From Atractiella rhizophila (taxonomy: Eukaryota): a stretch of DNA of 48,553 nucleotides. The notes beneath the pieces are model-generated. The model did not search any database and was not told the DNA's origin. It was given only the letters and a program-made list of their open reading frames with translations. Positions 1-13,677 of the stretch are shown here, in pieces (positions within the stretch are counted from its first letter, which is position 1; each line of letters opens with the position of its first letter). The stretch covers positions 1 through 48,553 of the forward strand of contig MU271535.1 in NCBI GenBank assembly GCA_021432655.1. The letters are read 5' to 3'. The position numbers and the translations under genes are program-made.

Positions 1-3000
1 TTGAATTCCGTAAACAGTCGCCCAAAAGTGTATAGAATGCCCCACTAATCAAATCGTTAGCCAAGCAGACTTCAGAGAAAGAATACGGACTGGATGAGGC
101 CGTTGAGCTACCACGACTTCACTAAGTACTCTGGTAATCTGCTCTTTTACATTTTCCGCCGTCGCCTTTCCGTAAACATGGATCAACAAGCTGCTGAACC
201 AGAATGTGTGGGCGTTAGGATATCGAAGATGGGTTGCACATGCACGAAGGACACAATAGCGACCTACGCCTCAACGTCAGTCGGCAACATCGCAGCACGG
301 ATAAGTACTTGCCTTCAGGTTCCAAATTGATTATAAGCTCCGAAAGCAGGAAGACCGCGCTTGATTTCGGTTCAAAATGTGAACCATTCACTCTGCACTC
401 ATCAACTGCGCTTGCTCCGAGGTAGAGGACCAGAGACGCAATAAGTGACATGTTGTACTTGACATAATCTTCCTTTCCATCCGTGGTGACCGTCAGATTT
501 GCCATGAGAGCATCCAACATTTCTGCATCCACAGTCTGAGTGTTGCTCTCTTGATGTCGGGTTTGTAGGTACGAATCCAGGACACCACGCACGCCAAAGT
601 TGTTGAGAGGTGCGGCATAGTCTGAAGAAATGTCGGGAACCCTGGAGGCTTCGACCATTTGGGATGGTTGGATTCCGGGACGGAATGGGTCCGGTAGGTG
701 CAAATCAGATGCCCAAGCGCTCAAAATGATGTTTCGAAGCTGAATGCACTCGATCGGAATGGCATCACACAAGGTGAAGTAGTACGTCGACTGTATTGAC
801 AAGTGAGCATAGGCGGGGGATAAGACAAGAAAGGACTGACCAAGAAAGCAGGAAAATCATGCAATAAGAGGAGTAGGATCCTAATCGCTGCCTGATAGAG
901 CACCGTGATGGAATCTGGTAATTCGCTGTCCTGAAGAAATGGAGCCAAGAAGCGAAAGAAGGTAACCAGAAGACGGTGGAAAGCATGCCATCCTTCTTGA
1001 TCTCGTAGACTCAAGAGTTTTGGCATGAGCAACCGATGGGAGATGAGTCCAACCCACGAGAATGCGAATCCTGGCAAAACGGAGGGGGACAGGGTTTGCA
1101 AGTTGCCACTGTGAAGAATAGCTTCAGCAAAGAAGAGATAAGAAGACGTCACGTACACAATCCCCAACAAGATCGCACCATAAGCGCTGCCAAGGGACGC
1201 CTCGATAGCAGTAAGATTTGTTAGGAGGCTGGAGAAGAACCTGAAGAACGGTTTCTGCTGGAAATGTTGACCCAAGTCTTCGTGGTGGTTGGAAAGTACT
1301 AGCATCACGATAGAAAGAATCTTCTGCAGATAATGCGTCTTCGCACGGTTGTGATCGTTGCCGCCGGCATCAACTTGATACTTGATCATGAGTGCGATTA
1401 GTTTAGCAAAGGCATCGACGGAAAGGAAAACGCCGCCACTCGGAGTACCTCCTTTCGCTGTAGCGGTGATGTAGGTGCTGACGCTCATCTCTGTGCACAC
1501 GCGGAAGAAAAGGCTTGACACATCTTCGCCTTTTAGTATTCCGTGTTGCTGCAGGCTGCCTATGTAAGCGGTAAAATGTTTGTCGAGCGTTGGAGACGTC
1601 TGATAGATCTTGATCCATTCATCGAAATAGAAAACAAGTCTCTGTCGCAAGTTGGATTGGACGATGTTGCGATTGGCGGGATCCGAAAATACCGCCGTCA
1701 CCCTTCAGCTTTATTAGCGATGTGGAACAAGATCCTAGAAAGCTACTCACGACTCTGCGACATTTGTAGCACGAGATGAAACATGAGACAGTGCTTCTAA
1801 AGATTTCCCAAAGTCGTGACGATTTGCTAATGGTGGATCAACCGCGGTGCACTCTAGGATTAGTCTAGCCGTAAAGTCAAGAATGGCAGGCGCCGGATCC
1901 CTGGCAATGAATCGAGCAAGATGATGATCCAACTCCTGGACGGGGAGGAGACGCTCCTCCAAAAGGGCCACGAATATGGGTACTTCAAACTTGCGCTGTT
2001 GGCCGCATCAACCATTGGTCAGGACGATGACAAGGCTTACTATATCGTTTGATTGGATGAACCAATCTGTCACCTCCTTGAGTGCGAGGGGGGCCACTTC
2101 GCAGAGTCGCTCCAGAATGACGGCGTAGATCTTCCTTCCTAACTTACTGCTGGTGTCGTACATGTTATGCACCGTCTTTTGAGCGAGGACGACGGCCGCT
2201 TCGTCGACATTGATCGACCGTGCAGCAATAACCGGCACTGCTTTGATAAGGTTATGAACTGGATGTCGCTCAGGGAACTGGGTAATCGTAGTGATGTTGA
2301 GATTATCCTTCAAAATTTCGTCCAGCTCGTGAACAAGCATCTAACACAATGTAAGAATCATAATCAGACAGTATGATGATTCTCACATCAAAACGTTCCA
2401 AAGCTTGATCGACGGTCTCGATCTCCTCGAACTTAGCGTTGGCGACATCTCTGTCCTTCAGCCTGGTAATAGATTGAATCTCTTCTATCGTAGCCGGTGA
2501 TGCAGAGCGAGGGGCAGCAGATCCGGGCCGCTGGCCAAGTCGTTTGAGATCTGTTGTCGCACTCAACAAGAGGATGAGTGCAGAAGGAAAGGGACACACC
2601 AATGACGCCAGCTTGTTGGCGCTCTTCCCCAGTCCGTCTGGCGAAATCTTGATAAACTTGTAGCTGTTTCTGCGTGAGGCCGGTTAGATCGAGACGCAAG
2701 GGGTCAGGGAGCATTCCGGAATAATGGGATGCTGCGATAGCAGAGTTGTCCCAGAATGGTGTTTGAGATTTCTATCCTATCGTAAGCCGAGGTAGGGAAG
2801 TTTCGCAGGACTCACAAGTCTATGATTTTGGCGATTAATGTATGCTTGTGAAAGGGCATCATCCACGGCATCGATTGCCTTTTCCTTGGCAACTTCCTCA
2901 ACAATGCCACAGGCTAACTCGATGTTGTCGTTCACTATCATTCGGATCGCAGCGTCTGGTAAAGTAGCCTCTGTGAATCCCTCCTTAATAAGCAGAAGGG

Positions 3001-6000
3001 AGATGGCATTAATGAAACCGCTCCGAAGCGGTTCTTTGGCGGTGACGTGTGCGAGGCTACTAGCGAGACTAGCCACCATTGAATGAGCTGAGTCGCGCAT
3101 CTTCGTTTCGTCCCCTTCCATTGCAAAATCCTTTATCGCAAGCTCCTTCGTGCAAATCCCAGCGATAGTGACAGAGCGATCCACCACTGGAACAGTGCAC
3201 TGCAAAATGTTCAACCAACAAAACCAGAAAATTTTGAGAGACTCACTTCACGGATGGCCTTTTCGAAGGCAGCTAGAACAAGACGCCGCATTCCTGGATT
3301 GTTTGCAAACTGAGGTATTTGAGGACTGATGACCAGGTAGGCAGGCACAGGCTGCAAGGCCCGAGTCACGGATTCTAATTCGCTCTTCAGTAATCCTTCT
3401 CTACAAGAAATACAAAAACGCAAACCTTCGATTCCCCGACCGACCAAACTCTCAGATGGGATCCGGTCCATGGCCCCAATCGTCAACCCAGCCGGGAATA
3501 ACTCACTTCTCATCCTCAAAGCAGCTTCCCTAGCTGCCTGTGGATCCGGAGACTCCGGTTCTTCTTCGATCAAACGACCATCGATGTCTCTTTTGTCCAG
3601 AACTGCAGTCGGCTCGATCGTGCTGAGGTCAATGCCTAACGCAGTACAAGCGATTTCGATGGGGAAGCGGACGTTGAGATTGCCGTGGTGCATGTTATGC
3701 AGTTCCTTCGCATGTCGAAGGACGTTGACGAGCCATGGATTAGGGAGTTTGAAGACTTTCGAGTTATAGCAGCCGTGCTCCAGGATATCCATGACAAAGG
3801 CGATGACGGGAACTGTACGGCCACATCTGTGGGCTTCGACGATGAGGTCAGTGAGGGAAAGGTCTTTGTGCTTGATAGGAAGGTTCTTCTGTAACGTCAA
3901 CTTTCCAAGCCAACGTCCCAGATTTCGAAGGAGTATCTTGTCACCCATAATTTCCACCAAACCGGTAGATTCGAGCAGACGGCTGATCTCAATGTACGTG
4001 AACCTGAGGACCGTCTTGAGAAGAGGAGGACGCTCAAGAGCTTCCAGGAAATCAAGGTAAAGATAGTGGTTGTTAGGTTGGTTCTTGACCCGCTCCAACA
4101 TGAACGTCGAAAACCACGGATAGTACTCCTCGAGGATCATGGCCGACATATCTTCCACCTTCTTCTCCATATTGTTCGGTGCCAAGTTGTTGACAATAAA
4201 TCGCATGTCTGCTACCAACTGATCAGGCTGCGGTTCTTCTATGTCTCCTGCTTCATCAGGGGAGTATCCTATAGCTCTAAATAACCGCCTGTCTTCGGGC
4301 TCCTTGTCCCTCCCCCTCGTCAAGGCCTGTCTCGCTTGATTTGCGATATCCGGATGCAGCTGCACAAACTCCGGCGTCCCAAGGATGTCCTCCGCGAGCG
4401 GGAGCCACTCCGACAACTTCGAGACAAAAGCTCGAAGCGCCTGGACTGCGAACATGTTCAGCCTGTTGGTCGGAGGCAGCTTGAGGGCATCTCTGACGTA
4501 TCGGACCGCAATGGAAAGAGGTAGGCGATCAATGACTTGTCTATCGATGAGATTGCCGTACAGAAGTGCGGTGATATTGAGCTGTAACTGCGGATACGTG
4601 GCGAAGAATCTATACTCGTCGAGCAACGAATGGAGGAAGCAGGCGAAGAATTCTTGGTCATGTGGGTTGGGTGACTCCTTCATCTTCTGTATGTTTTTGA
4701 CGACTTCGTCGACCGTAATCGCATTGCCGTACATGTCCGTAAAGTATTGGTCAATCTCCTTCTCAATTTCCTTCGAAAACGATTGCGGCTGGAGTAGCGG
4801 CTCCGGGTCAGCTCCAGGAAGGAGATTGAGGAGCTTGGGATGGGCCTGAAGAGCAAGAGTCCTGGTATCTCTATAAAGATCCTTGTTTTGATCTCCCAGA
4901 AGCCCAGTATGCATTCGAAGCGCCCTTAGGAATATACCGACAACATCGGTATCCAACTGCATGGTTGTCTTCTTGTCCAGTTCCTTTTCCTCGCCCAGCT
5001 GTCGACTCCACTCGTACTTCACTTTATGCTGAAGGAAATCCAGCGTAGCTTTGACGAAAGCAGTACCTTGCGTTTCCATCGTCGAGTTCAGCCACTTGAT
5101 GAGATTGAGGAGTTCACGTCTTGAAGCCAGAGACGCTACATCGAGAGCCATTTTGTAAGGTTCCAAAGAGAGGACATGATCGAGGATCTTGAGATCGTGA
5201 GCCACATCAAGTACTCGAGTGACATTGAGCTCAGAATCACCGTAGAAGTCGCGGAGAGCATTGGTGAGGAACTCGCGGTCGGTCTGCCAAATGCGAAGGA
5301 AGACTAGCTGATGAGACGGATGACCTTTGAGAAAGGTGTCAAGTAACCGAGCTGCCAACTCCATATGGAGGGAATTCCATGGTTTCTGCATAGGACCGAT
5401 CAATGCTGCTTCTTCCAAATAAATATACTAGAACATACCTCGAGTTGCACCAGAGCAATGAGCACCAGTTCTGGGTTACTCCTGCAAGCCCTCTCGAGCG
5501 TCTCTTTAGCCTTATACCTTCCCTCTTCGCCGAAGCTGCCAGGTCTCTCCAGATCACCCAATTTGATCAATACCTCCATCAACTCCAAACAGTTCCAAGA
5601 GCTGTTCTGCACCTGCGCCGCCAATCCCCTAATTGTAGGGGATGCCGAACTAGCATCCTCGAGGGATACGATCCGTTTGACGACGGGCAGTCCGGAGAGA
5701 TTGAAGACTTCCTGATTAAGCAACAAGAGTTTCTCGAGTATCGTAACCTGAGCGCTGGCGTTGTTCCACACGGTCCAAAGAGCGGTCACTCCAGCGTTCC
5801 TGATCTGAGTCGCTCTATCAAGGTTGGGGTTCAAGTTCCCGCTCGAATGCGTGAGCACCGCAGCGAGGGCTTTGACCGTTCCCATTCCCGAGGTTTCACC
5901 CAAAAGACTTCTACCCTCCCTATCGAAAGCTCGAACTACGTCTGACCACCTCACACTTTCCCCATTCCAATTCGCTTTCACCTCTCCTGCACTCCTTACC

Positions 6001-7499
6001 CACAACCCGATATTTAATCCTCCTACAATCGACAATGGGCTGTTAGTCGTCGCATCCGGCGCGTTTTGGACGTCCAGCTCTTTAGCGGCTAGAATGAGGA
6101 GTTCGGCAAGCTGGGAAGAGAGTTGTTGTTCGAAGGTGGGTGAGGACGCGTCAGCAGTGGCGGGCGATGGGAGGATCATGAAGGTTGACAACAATCGGGT
6201 GAGAAGCTCGGACGTGCACAGTTCGGCATGGGGACAGAGTCGGTGGATCATGACCATTGGGCTTGGACTGGGAGACTTTATAAATCTATCCAGCCAACAA
6301 TCTCATCGTCCACTTTTAAATCGTCAAAAGGGACAACGTACCGCATTTCAGGCAACGCGTGTGTCACGATCTGTCCTACCAATGGTGATCCCCACCGACT
6401 GGCGCAGGCCGCTAAGTATGCTCTACTGAGATTCTTATCCAAGACGACCTTCTCCACTCCTTCTCCAGTAGGCATGACGAGATCGCTACACAACACCGTC
6501 GAGACCTTCAAGATTTGCAGAGCATTGAGTTCAGGTACGTCATCCACCGACACCCTGTCTCTGTTCTTCCCCAAACTGTCAAGAGCGGAGGGTAAAAAGA
6601 CTTTGAGGATTTGGAACGCGTCGATTATGGTACGGAGACGACGATCACGCATGTCCCTAAAGTAAGGGTTCGTTTGTCCAGGGAGCATAGGTGATATGAG
6701 AGTGGAACAGAGCAATAAGGTCTCGAGGGGCGAGAGTGCGGCATGACAGAGCAATCGGGGTAAATCAAGCAGTCGACAAATCGCTTCAGACCCCGCTACC
6801 GTGTCACCTACAAAAATAGCGTCCTTGAAGTGTTCGCTCAGCATAGGGTCCCTCGCCACTCTTCGGATCTCATAGACCAGCAATCTAAGAGCCAGGGAAC
6901 TTTGCGGGGTGGGCGGTTGGGTCGAGCCTGCGGATTGGGGCGACGGTGGGTAGAGTGAGGTGGCAGGAGGCAGAGAGACGAAAGACGGCGAGGCGGCCGC
7001 AAGGAGGCGACGAAGAAAGTGCGTGAGGGTGTCAAGTCCATGTGTGTCGATTAACTAGGGAAATTTCGTTAGCTGGATCAGTTCAGATAGTGCTCAAAAG
7101 TACACCATGGATACTGAAGCGTTTTTACGACATTCCTTCCTTAACAAATGGTGCAAATCCCATTTTTTGTGCAGAATAGAAGAGATTCAAGCAATAGGCC
7201 GATGTAGAATCGGATAAAAGCAATTTTTGAGACAGAGTGGAATGCCACATCCCTCATCACAAGAGCACAAACTCGGCACATACCTGCATGATTTCCTCCC
7301 TCTTTTTAGCAAAATTATCCTCCGTGAGGGTGCTGAGCAAGAACGCAATCTGCGCCTTGACTATTCCTACGAGATTATCTGCGCGCTGCATTTGATTGGA
7401 GATGGTGGGGTTCAGTGTTTGGTTGAGAGAGACGCCCAAGAGTCCGGGTGGCGGAGGACGTGGCGAGGAGCTCCTTGAGGGGGGATAGAGCAGGGACAT
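1..7499 (-). CDS. NOT1: CCR4-NOT complex scaffold subunit Not1 (multi-exon, 3' end beyond window start)
   Basis: N-terminal IVKAQIAFLLSTLTEDNF; CAF1-binding MIF4G region (FIVNNLAPNN, LRNLGRWLGKLTLQKNLPIK, VFKLPNPW); DUF3819 region (TKELAIKDFAMEGDE, LAHVTAKEPLR); C-terminal LLHDFP, QLRNIILSA, LRYPNAHT, RPHPWG across spliced exons. Confidence 0.96.
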
Positions 7500-7700
7500 A
7501 TTGGATTGTGGCTGGGATTAGGCTGCCATCGACATCGAGGGCAAAGGGAGGTCGACGTTCAGGCGAAGAAGCAAAGCTAAACAGAGTTCCATCACTCAGC
7601 TTCTAGTTTAGTCTTACCTTTCATTATTCTTACATTGGTGTCAGTCTCACTAACTCAGCATATAATAACTTATCGACTCAGTCTCTTACATGAAATATAG

Positions 7701-9161
7701 ATGGCTTGCCCACATACACACCTCACATTCCTTCCCTCCAGTCACGCCGACGTAGCCGGTTACAAGCCACCAACACCATCCGCCATTGCAGCCGCTCTCT
7801 CTCCTACTGGGAGGTCCAACAAGTCGCTTGTCTTGCCGAGTGGAATATCTACCTATCCACTACCGCTGATACTCCCTGTCGATGACCTCGCTGTGGACCC
7901 CAAGTACCCAAAGCAAACGTTCAAGGGCTGGCGAGATGACAAGGACAGGAATAAAGTGTCTCCGACGCAGAAGACGATCTACGTTGTCCCTCCGCCAAAA
8001 ATTGGCAAGGACGTCAAGTTTATGAACGACTGGCTGGTCCCTTCTTGTGCAGTCAGAACTCTGCCGCGTGGAAAACGAGAGGAAAAACCGGAAACAATGG
8101 ATGTAGTGGAATACCTCCAAGCTTTTTACCATGGAATGGAAGTCAAATTCCAACCATCTTCCCTCTCATTTGCGCTTTGGGACTCTCCTTCTTCATCTCA
8201 ATCAAAGTCCAAACGCAGCAAATCTAAATCCTCACCCTCCATCGCAGTCCACACAAACGGCGAAGCGATCCAAATTCGCACACGTCCGGCGCCTGATAAT
8301 ATCTTTTCTTATCAGTTGAACCTCAGCGACATGCTCGACGTGCTCCTGACAGTGCTTCCAAACTTGACTGATGCGTATGCCATCCTCCTGCTCACGGAAC
8401 ACGACCTGTATGAGGATGAAGAGGATACCTTCTGCTGTGGAAGAGCTTTCGGAGCATCTCGTATCTCAATCGTTTCCATGGCACGATACGATCCCTACCT
8501 AGATCTTCGACAGGAAATAGAGAGAGAACACGAGTGGCCGGCGTCACATTGCGCGGCATTCGTGGACGCTGCCTGTCGAGAAGAGAAACCAAAGAACAAG
8601 AAGAGGAAAGAAAACGGTGTGGTGCCTCCAAACGGCGCGATCCATTATCCTCATCCCCCTCTCATTCCAGCAACAACAGCAACAACATCGACTTCAAATC
8701 ACAACGGCAAACTCCCATTACACCTTGCCCTCGCCGCACACTCTCCCTCCTCTTCAAGCTCTACTCCAGAAACGAAGCCAGACACAGACGACGCAAAAGC
8801 GCTATGGACCTTTCGCCTTTCCCAAACTTCCTCCCACGAACCCGGCCACTGTCTCGGCATCGACCATTGCGTCTTCTTCGCCTGCGGAATGCAAGGCTCA
8901 GCCTCTCTGAAAGAGGACGCGCGACAACCTCCGTATCTTTGTCCCGTGGATCTAAAAAAGCTACAGCACGCGGTGGTCACGGAAGCTGAATGGGCAAAAG
9001 ACTTGAAAGAATGGGAGAGGGAGAGGGAGGAGAGGATTTTGCAGGTTTGTAGGAAATGGAAAGGGAAGGGAGGGAAGTGGGATGCGCTGGCGGGTTGGAC
9101 GAAGGGAAGATTGGATGCATTGGCACTCGTTCAACTTCAGGCAGAAACTACTCCGTCATGA
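7701..9161 (+). CDS. Archaemetzincin-like zinc metalloprotease (peptidase M54), intronless
   Basis: 486-aa ORF with metzincin HExxHxxGxxH motif (HEPGHCLGIDH), then C-x4-C-x-M Met-turn and LCPVD; also YLQAFYHG and DLYEDEEDTFCCGRA, typical of fungal archaemetzincins. Confidence 0.9.
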   Translation: MACPHTHLTFLPSSHADVAGYKPPTPSAIAAALSPTGRSNKSLVLPSGISTYPLPLILPVDDLAVDPKYPKQTFKGWRDDKDRNKVSPTQKTIYVVPPPKIGKDVKFMNDWLVPSCAVRTLPRGKREEKPETMDVVEYLQAFYHGMEVKFQPSSLSFALWDSPSSSQSKSKRSKSKSSPSIAVHTNGEAIQIRTRPAPDNIFSYQLNLSDMLDVLLTVLPNLTDAYAILLLTEHDLYEDEEDTFCCGRAFGASRISIVSMARYDPYLDLRQEIEREHEWPASHCAAFVDAACREEKPKNKKRKENGVVPPNGAIHYPHPPLIPATTATTSTSNHNGKLPLHLALAAHSPSSSSSTPETKPDTDDAKALWTFRLSQTSSHEPGHCLGIDHCVFFACGMQGSASLKEDARQPPYLCPVDLKKLQHAVVTEAEWAKDLKEWEREREERILQVCRKWKGKGGKWDALAGWTKGRLDALALVQLQAETTPS

Positions 9162-9388
9162 AATGTTTGAAGAATTGAACATCTTGTGAAAATTCAACCA
9201 GAATTTTGATGACAAGACATAGAAGCGACCAATGACAATTTCATGTTTCCAGACTCAGTCTCGCCCACATGCTTGGCACGGTTCGAGTCCTCCGAAAGTT
9301 GAGATGAAAGCAGGTCCTTTGCTTCCTCTAGTTAAACTCCTAGGTGGTCGTTTCATGTTGTCTTCTTCAAGTTCAAGTCACGGTTAGC

Positions 9389-12005
9389 ATGAGCGAGAAG
9401 AGTCGTTCCTTCACCAATTTAACCGCGCGACTGAGGCCAACTCACTCAGGCAGCAATTTGGTCTCCACAACTCTAGGCTGGACCTTACATATTGGTTTTG
9501 TTACCATCCATATTGCTTTGATTGCTTTGATTGCAGTGTGGGCGACTGAGGCAGAGAAGAAAGTCACCATCCCTCTCGGTTCTGAATCCAATCGCCTCTC
9601 CCTGGCAATCAATGTTCTTTCTCAGTTTACAATCATAGTGAGGCCTTGTCCCTAACTATGGACGCTCTCTCCTAAGGCGAAATAATAGGTTTATACAGCT
9701 GTGCTGGTATCTCTCGCTCAAGAGGTTGCCCTTCGGTCGTACCTCAGTCGACATCATACCCTCACGGTTTGTTCTCTGTCCAATTTTCAAACCAGCCAAG
9801 GTGATGGAACGGTCTGCAGGCTGTCCACGACAAAATCGCAGCCTGGAGCGGAGTCGGACTCTCTTTCCTCTCACTATGGCGTCAACTGTCCCTGCCCAGC
9901 AGCTTCTTCGGCGTGTTCGCGATCGCTGTGTATCTGCTTTCAATATCTGCGACCCATATCACAACTCCAGGTCTCTTCTCCCTGAGATCCATTAATAGTA
10001 CCATTGCTGGAACTATCGCAGCCTTTAACAATCCCCTTGCTGGACCGTGCGCTTGCTCTCCCGCCACGCCAAGTGAACCTAACGGAATGTTCAGCAACCT
10101 GTTACGCAATGCGATCGACTTTGACCGTGCTTCACTAGCCCTCTTGAATACTGATCCAACGAGCGATGGATCCCAGAACGTTGGATTGTACGGAAACATG
10201 ATCTACGCAGTCGTGAATGGTTCTCATCCATATTTTGTTCGACCGAATAATGTGACGAGCTATTCGACCAACATTGAAGAATACAAGGCTGGCGAGGCGA
10301 CCGTTGGTGCCCTGTTCTTCAATGTTACGTGCCGACGAATTGAAGCGAAGCAAATCAACCTGACCGCAAATTCAGCTGATACTTCTGGAAGAAGCTCTTT
10401 TGGACTGTGCAGACGGCTTTGCAAAATTTCACCATGGCACAGACCCGTTCGTGTGGTTGGAAATAACGAGAGTCTGTTAGCCCTTTTCTCAGCTTCTGGG
10501 ATTCTGAGAGTAGCAATACCAGAACTTTCAAGCAAGAAAAACGTCATCTCTGGTGTAGGTTGCGTCCTCCTTGTGGAGCGTTTACTGACCATCCCTAGCT
10601 CGCTAATATCACCGACGATGTCCTGTTATACGGCAAAGTCCCCATTAAGGACGTGGAAGGAGGCTCAACGACGCAGGTAAACTTAGATCCAGAGGTTGCT
10701 GATTTTGGAGCTTGGACTGGTGCGGTAGCTTTCGAAGACCCGAAAGGTATCCCACTGACAGTTTCACGTCCGGGTCTTCCTCTCCATGGCATGAATTAAC
10801 AGTTGTTGCCTGCAGCATGCAAACCTCGCAAGGTACGCCGCATGTTGTCCCTCTCGTTACACCAAGTGACGTTGTGGACCAGCAGCTGTCACTGTAGATG
10901 CGACGACAGGCTTGGTCAAGAATGCAACACTTCCGCTAAGGACCAATTCACAAGTCTTTGAAGATTTTTTGGAACCAACAGATGATCCTAACGAAGGGGA
11001 GAAAAACCGAGTATGCCTCATCACTATGATGAACGTCGATGCTGACCACTACATCTCAGTTTGTCCCTGTCGTAAACACACAATCAAGGTCATGGATTCC
11101 TGCCATCACGTCATGCGATGTCGGTCCATACAACGCGGCATCATTAAATGTGGATGTACGATGTCGAATTGACGAAATGCTGAACGTTTTCGAATTGTAA
11201 GAGCAATCCGTCATGTCCAACAGGCCATTATTCCTGACCAGTCACAAGATATCTCAATCTCAACCTCAAGCGGTTTGGACATTCGACAAATCGCCGTCTC
11301 TCTCGCCAGCCAAGATGATCTGGCGCTGGTGGACCTGGAGACACCGATGGAGAATGCTTTGGCAACAGTCTTTTGGAATGGGAATTTCTGTGCTAATGAG
11401 TCCGCTCAACAATCTGACGTGGGATTGTAGGGATTCGGTCTTCGTCTGCATGGTTCGACATTTTCGAGGAAAGCAATTATAGGACAACGACATACAGATT
11501 TGTCCAAAATCAGCTCACTGTACGGCTCCCCTCTGCTTGATGCCTCAATGCTTCTCACAAACCAACGCAGTTGAACTTCCCACTGGTATGCCTTTAAGCA
11601 ACAAGGAAGAAGCTAACATCGAACTTTAGTTACTAATTGGAACAATATGCTCATGCATTAACCTTGGTCTCTTTGCCAAATTTGCTCTCCTTCGGACATC
11701 TCGAAGGGCATTCAGGCTCAACTCAAGCTTGGACTCTGTTGGCTCCTGCAAGTGTATGGGACCTGTTGTCAATTGGTCACACTCTTGATGACACACTTTT
11801 TAGCCTTTATCTTTACGGAACGGAGACGGAAGCCATACAAAAAATTACGGCGGTCTCAAAACCGACAGTACAAGACCTTCGACGGGCTGGGATGCTGAAA
11901 CCAATTCCGAAGAGTGATCCTGAATCCGCTGCTGATGCAGTGTTGATGTCTCACAGTAGAAGCGACTCACTGATTGTGTCTGACAATGGGTTGCATTGGG
12001 AGTAG
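9389..12005 (+). CDS. Uncharacterised multi-exon transmembrane protein
   Basis: Splice-compatible hydrophobic segments (TLHIGFVTIHIALIALIAVW, LAINVLSQFTII, AWSGVGLSFLSLWRQ, FGVFAIAVYLLSI), a lumenal region with N-x-S/T sites, and a C-terminal exon ending at 12005. Internal exon boundaries are uncertain. Confidence 0.55.
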
Positions 12006-12186
12006 ACTTTATACCCCTTCTACCGGTGCGCTCTATCCGGCAAGAATTCGTCCACAAGCACGCTACCTTTACTACAGCCTCAAAGACAGCTACTCCAATT
12101 CTTTTATACCGTTGCGTCTACTTGACATCACACGAGAAACGCAAGCCCTCTGCACTTCGGACCGTTACAGTCGTGAGGAAATCCAC

Positions 12187-12833
12187 TCATCTCGTTCCAA
12201 AGTTCTTTCTCCCCACAACAGTTCCCTTCATCTCCCTCACGTCCTTCCTGATACTCTCAAAGAGCTCCTTCTCTTGACTCTTTTCCTGCTGACCCTCTCC
12301 ACCTCCCAATGCCATCCCTAAATTGAGACTTTCGAATGCTTTATCCTCCAACCATTCCCTTAACCCTGTCAATGAGCCGACGAGCCTTTGCTCCTCCGTC
12401 TTGTCTACCTTGTCAGATAGTGTAGAGAGATTGTATTTGAGGTCCTTGAGATGAGGAGCCGGGAGGTCAGGTATGGGCTCTGGAGGAGCCGACAGCGTTT
12501 GAAGAAGGTCGTCCCACCGTTCAACCTCTCCTTTCCAGAGCATCCACCGAGCAAACAGAGATTTCAGCAGCCGAGGAAACAGAATATTCCTATGGACTGC
12601 CACCGCTAGGGTGGAAAACAATCCTATTGAAGATATACAATCATAAGCGAACCGTAAAATCGGCCTGAAACGATGAACTTGCCAGCGAGAACATAAAGGA
12701 TACTCAGCCGTCGTAGGAAACGGAAAACGGCACGGTTTCTGCGAAGCGCAGGCGGCGGAGGAGTAATTGAAGGAGGTAGGACAGGATAGGTCTTAGGCGG
12801 GAGAGGTGGGGGAGCGGGAAGAGCTGACTCCAT
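12187..12833 (-). CDS. Pex17/Pex33 (Pex14/17)-like peroxisomal docking protein candidate, 2 exons
   Basis: Pro-rich N-terminus; hydrophobic segment joined across a GC-AG intron (12682-12624: YVLAG|LFSTLAVAV); coiled-coil; C-terminal ESIRKDVREMKGTVVGRKNF resembles the IRxxKGxLLxxRNF tail of Pex14/17 proteins as I recall it. Confidence 0.5.
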
Positions 12834-13677
12834 GGCTGAATGTGTCGTTTTGTCAGTCGTTTGTAATATCAGCTGATAAGACGCGTCCTGAGTCATGAAT
12901 CGTTTTACAATGCCACCACGACACCGAAAACACCAACGAGTCCAAGAACGATGGCAAGTGATCTCGAGATAATGATACATAATGTGAGTGGGCAAAATGG
13001 ATTAGCTCATATTCGCTGGCAAAGGTAAGTGTTTCTGAGAAGCGTCCGAGAAGGTATCCGGGCTTACATACATGAGCCTTTGCCTTCAGCAAGCGCTCGT
13101 GATACCACTTTGATCCTTAAGCACGGCTGTATGCGGCTGGGTGTGATGCGAGACGTTTGCAGTCGTTTCAAGCAGCCGCTCCGGCAGCGACTACCATAAA
13201 GAAGAAGTTGGTTCCCCCAGTGCAGTTTGTTGAGTTTCTTCGGCCTGTCACATACCTCTGGCCGCTCTGCCTGAAGGATCGGATAGCAGGCTAATATTTC
13301 CCCATGAAGTCTCGCACGGCATTTTCGTCTGTATTTTGTTACCAGTGTTCCGCTTGTTACTGATTCTTTTGTCGACCATTAATGCTCTGCCTAGTTTTGT
13401 GGTTCACCTCTTCCTGCTCTTCAGCGTTGGCATTGGTAACCCAAAAGATGTCAATTCATCCCTTACAGTGTCTTCTCGCTCGTTGAGCAAGGAAACACAC
13501 ATGCGCCATCACATTGTAACTCATCCAGTCCAGATGAAGCTTCTATGAACAGAGGTTCCGTGTACAGGATGATAACAATGGTGAAGTACTGTCGAACATG
13601 ATGGCGCCAAAGCCAAACCCTGAATCTGAATCGCGAGAATGGGTGAATGGTCAGATCTGTGGAGCAGTGAGTTAATT

